DNA of 64,000 nucleotides from assembly GCA_958428235.1 (NCBI GenBank), contig CAUAFG010000003.1, positions 56,935 to 120,934 of the forward strand, written 5' to 3'. Below are positions 58,877 to 64,000 of the stretch, piece after piece (within the stretch, counting starts at the first letter, position 1; each line of letters starts with the position of its first letter). The position numbers and the translations under genes are program-made. Source of the stretch: an uncultured Ruminococcus sp. (GTDB taxonomy: Bacteria; Bacillota; Clostridia; Oscillospirales; Ruminococcaceae). The notes under the pieces were generated by a model. It saw nothing but the letters and a program-made list of their open reading frames with translations. It was not told the DNA's origin and ran no database searches.

Positions 58877-59944
58877 TCAAAGAGTAATCAGCGATTTTTC
58901 GGCAAGTGTCATATTAACGCAGCCGTCCTTCTTGACGATAACAAAGTCTTCAATTCTCACGCCGAACTCATCCGGGATATAAATTCCCGGTTCAACGGTG
59001 ATTATCATGTTCTCCTTAAAGACATGCTCGCTCAGATACGAAGCATTGGGAGCCTCGTGGATCTCCATTCCCACGCCGTGACCTAAAGAATGTCCGAACA
59101 GCTCGCCATAACCGGCATCCTTTATGATATCCCTTGATACCTTGTCAAGCTCCTTGCCCTTAATGCCCTCCTTAACGGCGGCAATGCCCTTAAGCTGTGC
59201 TTCAAGGACGATATTATAAACCTGCTCCATCTTTTCGGTAGGCTTACCAACGCAGACTGTTCTTGTCATGTCGCTGTGATATCCGTCGTAGGTTGCGCCG
59301 TAGTCCATCAGAACAAAGCTGCCTTCTTTTACAACGGTATCTCCGGGCACGCCGTGAGGCAAAGACGTATTTGCGCCGGTCAGCGCGATGGTGTCAAACG
59401 ACAACGCCTCTGCGCCGTTGCGAAGCATGTAGTAATCAAGGCAGAGCCCGATTTCCTTTTCGGTAACGCCCGGCTTGATGAAGTTGAGAACATTCTCGAA
59501 AGCGGCTTCGGCAATTCTCTGAGCCTTTATCATCTTGTCCAGCTCGTCCTGAGTTTTTACTATTCTAAGTTCGCCTATAGCCTTGCTTAAAGCAGACGAC
59601 GAAACGATAACCGCCGCAGTAATTCTCTCCTTATAGGTGTTGAGCTGTGAAACTGTCATGGTGTCGCTTTCGATAGCAACCGTCTTAGCTCCGTGCTTCT
59701 CCAAGAGAGCGTTTATCTGGTCAAACAGCTTTTCCTGCAAAATGACCTCTGCGCCCTTTACCTTCTTGGTGGCAGCTTCGATATAGCGGAAGTCGATAAT
59801 AAGGTATGCCTTGTCCTTGAATGCCAGAACAGTTCCCGCAGAGGACTTCATTCCGGTGAAATATCTGCGGTTGACGTCGCCGGTGATAAGTGCAGCGTCG
59901 ATATCGGCGGGCAGTACTTCAAAAAGTCTTTCAAATTTGTTCAT
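58877..59944 (-). CDS. pepP: Xaa-Pro aminopeptidase (M24B).
   Basis: HGVGMEIHE. 355 aa. Conserved pairing with efp. Confidence 0.85.
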   Translation of the reverse strand: MNKFERLFEVLPADIDAALITGDVNRRYFTGMKSSAGTVLAFKDKAYLIIDFRYIEAATKKVKGAEVILQEKLFDQINALLEKHGAKTVAIESDTMTVSQLNTYKERITAAVIVSSSALSKAIGELRIVKTQDELDKMIKAQRIAEAAFENVLNFIKPGVTEKEIGLCLDYYMLRNGAEALSFDTIALTGANTSLPHGVPGDTVVKEGSFVLMDYGATYDGYHSDMTRTVCVGKPTEKMEQVYNIVLEAQLKGIAAVKEGIKGKELDKVSRDIIKDAGYGELFGHSLGHGVGMEIHEAPNASYLSEHVFKENMIITVEPGIYIPDEFGVRIEDFVIVKKDGCVNMTLAEKSLITL

Positions 59945-59964
59945 AATTATATCATCCTTTCATA

Positions 59965-60819
59965 TTATTCCAAAAAACTTAGGTAGGATTTTTTCATAGC
60001 AAGTGCGTCGAACGACTGCGTTCCTGCGCTTTCGCATATAAAGGTCGGGCTGAGCTGCTTTTTGGCGATAAGCTCCATCAGCGGCTCGTATTCGGGACCG
60101 AACACGCTGTCCTCAAACGTAAGATGCTTAAGCTCGCCGCCCTTTTGAGTGTACTCAATTTTTGAAAAGTGGGAGTGGAAGCACTTTAGTCTGTCGCTTC
60201 CGAGCTTGTTTTCTATTCCGTCTAAAATCTGCTCAAAGGCTTCTTTAGAGTTTACTCCGCCCAGAGTTCTTGCGTTGAGGTGACCGAAATCTATGCAGGG
60301 CAAAAAGCTGTCGTCTAAAGCTGCAAGCTCCATAACCTCTTCAAAATTGCCAAGCTGGTTAATTTTGCCCATGGTTTCGAGGCAGAAGCGGATATTCTCA
60401 TATCCCTGCGATACTGCCGCTTTCCTCGCCCGCATTAATGTGTCCTTGGCAAGCTCCAATGCCGCCTCGCGGGTCATTTTCGAGCAGGAACCGGAGTGTA
60501 TTACTATCCTCTCCGCACCGATTTTGACAGCCGCTTCGCAGGACTGTAGTATGTAATCTATGCTCTTATCCCGCTTTTCCGGCTCTACGCTTGAAAGCGA
60601 GATGAAGTAGGGCGCGTGCAGCGAAAGGGTTATGCCGTATTCCTCGGCGTTGGCTTTAAGCTTCTGCGCGGAAGCGTCGGTCACTCTTACCCCCTGACCG
60701 CACTGATATTCAAAAGCGTCCAACCCCATTTCGCTTAAGTACTTTGGCATATCCGAGGACGCCTTATACTTTTTCAGAAAATCCTCCGCACTTCCGGCAG
60801 GACCGAATATTGCGCTCAT
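59965..60819 (-). CDS. nfo: Endonuclease IV-family TIM-barrel AP endonuclease.
   Basis: LSLHAPYFISL...ERIVIHSGS matches the Nfo metal-binding blocks. Confidence 0.7.
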   Translation of the reverse strand: MSAIFGPAGSAEDFLKKYKASSDMPKYLSEMGLDAFEYQCGQGVRVTDASAQKLKANAEEYGITLSLHAPYFISLSSVEPEKRDKSIDYILQSCEAAVKIGAERIVIHSGSCSKMTREAALELAKDTLMRARKAAVSQGYENIRFCLETMGKINQLGNFEEVMELAALDDSFLPCIDFGHLNARTLGGVNSKEAFEQILDGIENKLGSDRLKCFHSHFSKIEYTQKGGELKHLTFEDSVFGPEYEPLMELIAKKQLSPTFICESAGTQSFDALAMKKSYLSFLE

Positions 60820-61329
60820 CTACAAGTCGCTCCCTTCTTTTATGATACGTGATTTACGCGGCAGAAACGGCTTTTCAAGCGTTCTCTTCACCCTGAACCA
60901 AAAGCCGGTTTCGTAAACTATCGGGAATGTGAAAATGCTCCTTACGCCAGCAAGATTGCATCCCAGAACGTCTGTATATATCTGATCCCCGACCGAGGCG
61001 ACCTCCCGCTTGTCAACGCCTAATCGCTCGACTGCGCGCTTATATCCGCCTGTCAAGGGCTTTCCGCCGTCGCAGACGAAATCCAGACCCAGCTCGTCGG
61101 AAAAGGGCTTTACACGTTCGTAGTGGTTGTTCGAGAGAATAATCATCTTAAAGTTAATCGCCTTCATGCCGTCAAGCCACTGCTTTATTTCAGGCTTTGG
61201 GATTGGGTTGTTGTGAGTGGTAAGGGTGTTGTCAAGGTCGATTATCAGCGCGCGGATGTTCTCTTTTTCCAAGAACTGCGGCGTGATATCGGCGATCGAA
61301 GCAAACACATACTTTGGTCTTAAAAGCAT
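60820..61329 (-). CDS. YqeG-family HAD-IIIA phosphatase.
   Basis: LIIDLDNTLT DxD motif. GGAGG before MLLRPKYVF. Confidence 0.75.
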   Translation of the reverse strand: MLLRPKYVFASIADITPQFLEKENIRALIIDLDNTLTTHNNPIPKPEIKQWLDGMKAINFKMIILSNNHYERVKPFSDELGLDFVCDGGKPLTGGYKRAVERLGVDKREVASVGDQIYTDVLGCNLAGVRSIFTFPIVYETGFWFRVKRTLEKPFLPRKSRIIKEGSDL

Positions 61330-61498
61330 TTGACCTCCAAAAACAAAAGCGAACAGACATACTGCTCGCTTTTCTTTAAATATACTTATTTTCGACAAAA
61401 GTGTTCCAAAATCAGGGATAAAACCCATCGTATAGCGGTTTTGTGCATGATTTTTTGTTTCACTTTAGGCGTAAATTAGTAATATACATGAGAACGGC

Positions 61499-61672
61499 TT
61501 AATATTTGCGCTTACGAGCAGCTTCAGACTTCTTTTTGCGCTTTACCGAAGGCTTTTCGTAATGTTCTCTTTTACGCACTTCAGCGATAACGCCGTCTCT
61601 GGCACAGGATCTCTTGAAACGCTTGAGCGCCGTCTCTAATGATTCATTTTTACCAACACGTACTTCTGCCAT
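61499..61672 (-). CDS. rpsU: 30S ribosomal protein S21.
   Basis: [57 protein letters not shown]. 57 aa, below the ORF-track size cutoff. Confidence 0.9.
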   Translation of the reverse strand: MAEVRVGKNESLETALKRFKRSCARDGVIAEVRKREHYEKPSVKRKKKSEAARKRKY

Positions 61673-61842
61673 TTATTGTTCCCTCCCTTTGCCGCATGGG
61701 CAGAGGATTTTACATCAGCTATAATCTAACAGCGATAATGTAACTAAATAGCATTATAACCCAAATACGCCGATATGTCAATAGCTATTTTGAAAAATTC
61801 ACAAATTATTTGTATCCCGAGCTATGTCAAACCAAAAGTGCG

Positions 61843-64000
61843 TCACTTGGCAACTATATTGCAAAGCTTGCCCTTTACATAAATTTCCTTTACGATGGTC
61901 TTTCCGGCAAGCTCGGCGGCTATCTTGTCAAGCGATTTTACGTGTGCAAGAACCTCAGCCTGCTCGGCATCTGCCGAAACCATAACTCTTTCCTTTATCT
62001 TGCCGTTAATCTGAACGGCGATCTCAATTTCATCGTCGGCACACTGAGCTTCGTCGTAAGAACACCACTTTGCATCGTGGATATATCCGCCGAAGTTCAG
62101 GTTCTGATACATCTCCTCGGCAATATGCGGAGCGAAAGGATAAAGCATAATCAGGAAGTCCTTAAGCTCGGCGCGATTGATTGAGCCTGCAGCGTAGAAA
62201 TCGTTGAGTATAGTCATCATGGCGGCGATAGCGGTGTTGAACTTCATGCCGTCGATATCTAAAGTTACCTTCTTTATCAGCTTGTGCATCTTAGAAGAAA
62301 ACTCAGGTCTGTAGCTGTCGCCGTCGACAAGCATATCCGCAAGCGACCATATTCTGTCCAGAAACCTCTTGCAACCCTTAACGCTTGATTCGCTCCACGG
62401 AGCCGCCTTTTCATAGTCGCCCATAAACAGGGTGTAGACCCTTAAAACGTCCGCTCCGTACTCGTTTATAACGTCCAGCGGGTCAACAACGTTGCCCTTG
62501 GATTTGCTCATCTTGTCGCCGTCGGGACCGAGAATAAGTCCCTGCGCGGTGCGCTTCATATAAGGCTCGTCGGTGTTGACGGCACCTATATCGTAAAGGA
62601 ACTTATGCCAGAAGCGCGAATAAATCATGTGGCGGGTAACGTGCTCCATGCCGCCGTTGTACCAGTCTACCGGCATCCAGTAGTCAAGAGCTTCCTTGGA
62701 AGCAAGGGCATCCGGATTGTGCGGGTCGCAGTATCTAAGATAATACCACGACGAGCCTGCCCACTGAGGCATGGTATCGGTTTCGCGCTTTGCGGGAGCA
62801 CCGCACTTGGGACAGGTGCAGTTTACGAAGGAATCAATCTTTGCAAGAGGGCTTTCGCCGTCTGAACCGGGCTCAAAGTTTTCAACCTCGGGCAGCTTCA
62901 ACGGCAGCTCGTCATACGGAACTGCAACCATTCCGCAATGCTCGCAGTATACTATCGGGATAGGCTCGCCCCAGTAACGCTGGCGGTTGAACGCCCAATC
63001 CTTCATTTTGTACTGAACGCCCTTTTCGCCTAGTCCCTTTTCTTCGAGGAAGGAAAGCATCTTTTCGATAGAGTCCTTTTTGTTGGTAAGACCGTTGAGA
63101 ACGCCGGAGTTTATCATCTCGCCGTCGCCGGTGTAGGCTTCCTTTTCTATGTCTCCGCCCTTGATGACTTGGATGATATCTATTCCGAATTTCTTTGCAA
63201 ACTCGTAGTCTCTCTGATCGTGAGCGGGAACTGCCATGATTGCACCCGTGCCGTAGCCCATCATTACATAATCGGATATGTAAATGGGAATCTCCTTGCC
63301 GTTTACGGGGTTAATAGCCGCTATACCGTCGAGCTTAACGCCGGTTTTGTCCTTTACAAGCTGAGTTCTTTCAAACTCGGTCTTCTTGGCACACTCAGCC
63401 CGGTATGCCTCGACATCAGCCATATTTTTAATCTTATCTTTGTTTTCATCAATAATGGGATGCTCAGGTGCCATAACCATAAAGGTTACGCCATAGAGAG
63501 TGTCGGGACGGGTAGTATATATTCTCAGCTTTTCGTCTATACCCTTAAGCTCAAAGTTTACAAACGCGCCGGTAGACTTGCCTATCCAGTTTTCCTGCTG
63601 AAGCTTGATGTTGGGAAGATAGTCAACCTCCTTCAAGCCTTCAAGCAGCCTGTCGCAGTACTCGGTTATGCGCAGATACCATACGTCTTTAGACTTCTGA
63701 ACTATCTGGCTGTGGCAGATATCGCACTTGCCGCCCTGCGAATCCTCATTTGAAAGGACTACCTTGCAGCTTGGGCAGTAGTTTACAAGGGTCTTATCCT
63801 TAAAGGCAAGACCGTGCTCAAACATCTGAAGGAATATCCACTGAGTCCACCTGTAGTAATCCTCATCGGTGGTGTCGATAGTGCGCGACCAGTCAAAGGA
63901 GAAGCCCACCTTTTTAAGCTGCTCCGAAAAGTGATGTATGTTGTGGTCGGTGGAAATTCTGGGATGGATACCGGTTTTTATAGCGTAGTTTTCGGCAGGA
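61843..64000 (-). CDS. leuS: Leucyl-tRNA synthetase. Only the C-terminal about 720 residues are in the window; the N-terminus lies beyond the window end.
   Basis: GFSFDWSRTIDTTDEDYYRWTQWIFLQMFEHGLAFKDKTLVNYCPSCKVVLSNE is the LeuS signature region. KMSKS: DKMSKSKGN. Confidence 0.9.
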   Translation of the reverse strand, partial: PAENYAIKTGIHPRISTDHNIHHFSEQLKKVGFSFDWSRTIDTTDEDYYRWTQWIFLQMFEHGLAFKDKTLVNYCPSCKVVLSNEDSQGGKCDICHSQIVQKSKDVWYLRITEYCDRLLEGLKEVDYLPNIKLQQENWIGKSTGAFVNFELKGIDEKLRIYTTRPDTLYGVTFMVMAPEHPIIDENKDKIKNMADVEAYRAECAKKTEFERTQLVKDKTGVKLDGIAAINPVNGKEIPIYISDYVMMGYGTGAIMAVPAHDQRDYEFAKKFGIDIIQVIKGGDIEKEAYTGDGEMINSGVLNGLTNKKDSIEKMLSFLEEKGLGEKGVQYKMKDWAFNRQRYWGEPIPIVYCEHCGMVAVPYDELPLKLPEVENFEPGSDGESPLAKIDSFVNCTCPKCGAPAKRETDTMPQWAGSSWYYLRYCDPHNPDALASKEALDYWMPVDWYNGGMEHVTRHMIYSRFWHKFLYDIGAVNTDEPYMKRTAQGLILGPDGDKMSKSKGNVVDPLDVINEYGADVLRVYTLFMGDYEKAAPWSESSVKGCKRFLDRIWSLADMLVDGDSYRPEFSSKMHKLIKKVTLDIDGMKFNTAIAAMMTILNDFYAAGSINRAELKDFLIMLYPFAPHIAEEMYQNLNFGGYIHDAKWCSYDEAQCADDEIEIAVQINGKIKERVMVSADAEQAEVLAHVKSLDKIAAELAGKTIVKEIYVKGKLCNIVAK

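Overview
64-kb chromosomal window from a Firmicutes/Clostridia-type genome. Lineage evidence: AGGAGG-type ribosome-binding sites, abundant lipoprotein signal peptides, a PASTA-domain Ser/Thr kinase operon, Thr/Pro/Glu-rich wall-spanning linkers and carbohydrate-active enzymes. Everything was read by eye from the sequence and the ORF track; no database search was run.

Housekeeping backbone, almost all on the minus strand:
- The conserved block priA-def-fmt-(Zn peptidase)-rsmB-rlmN-PP2C phosphatase-prkC-rsgA, and yicC-remA-gmk-rpoZ.
- asnS, pcrA, metK with a SAM-I riboswitch, and efp-pepP-nfo-yqeG-rpsU-leuS.
- One tRNA-Thr(GGT) and an FMN riboswitch in front of an ECF riboflavin S-component gene.
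- Three ABC transporter operons or parts of them, GH10, GH13 and GH30-like glycosidases, a CDF metal exporter and a YdjG/H/I-like Band7-zinc-ribbon-TPM membrane-stress triad.

Main accessory or unusual content:
1. A tandem array of four paralogous secreted proteins in alternating B-A-B-A order. Each has its own promoter and terminator, a near-identical signal peptide and a near-identical C-terminal sortase-like sorting signal with a non-canonical PANTG motif.
2. At the left edge, a small serine recombinase lies next to a disrupted repeat-rich surface-protein gene. That gene has Cys/His 'EHTH...CY' repeats, a homopolymeric G5 tract exactly at its frameshift and an in-frame TGA.
3. A small Asp/Cys-rich zinc-ribbon protein sits immediately downstream of efp.
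4. A catalytically degenerate AroA-like (EPSP-synthase-fold) paralog.
5. Two further genes, a lipoprotein and an HD-GYP phosphodiesterase, are each broken by a single in-frame stop codon (TAA and TAG).
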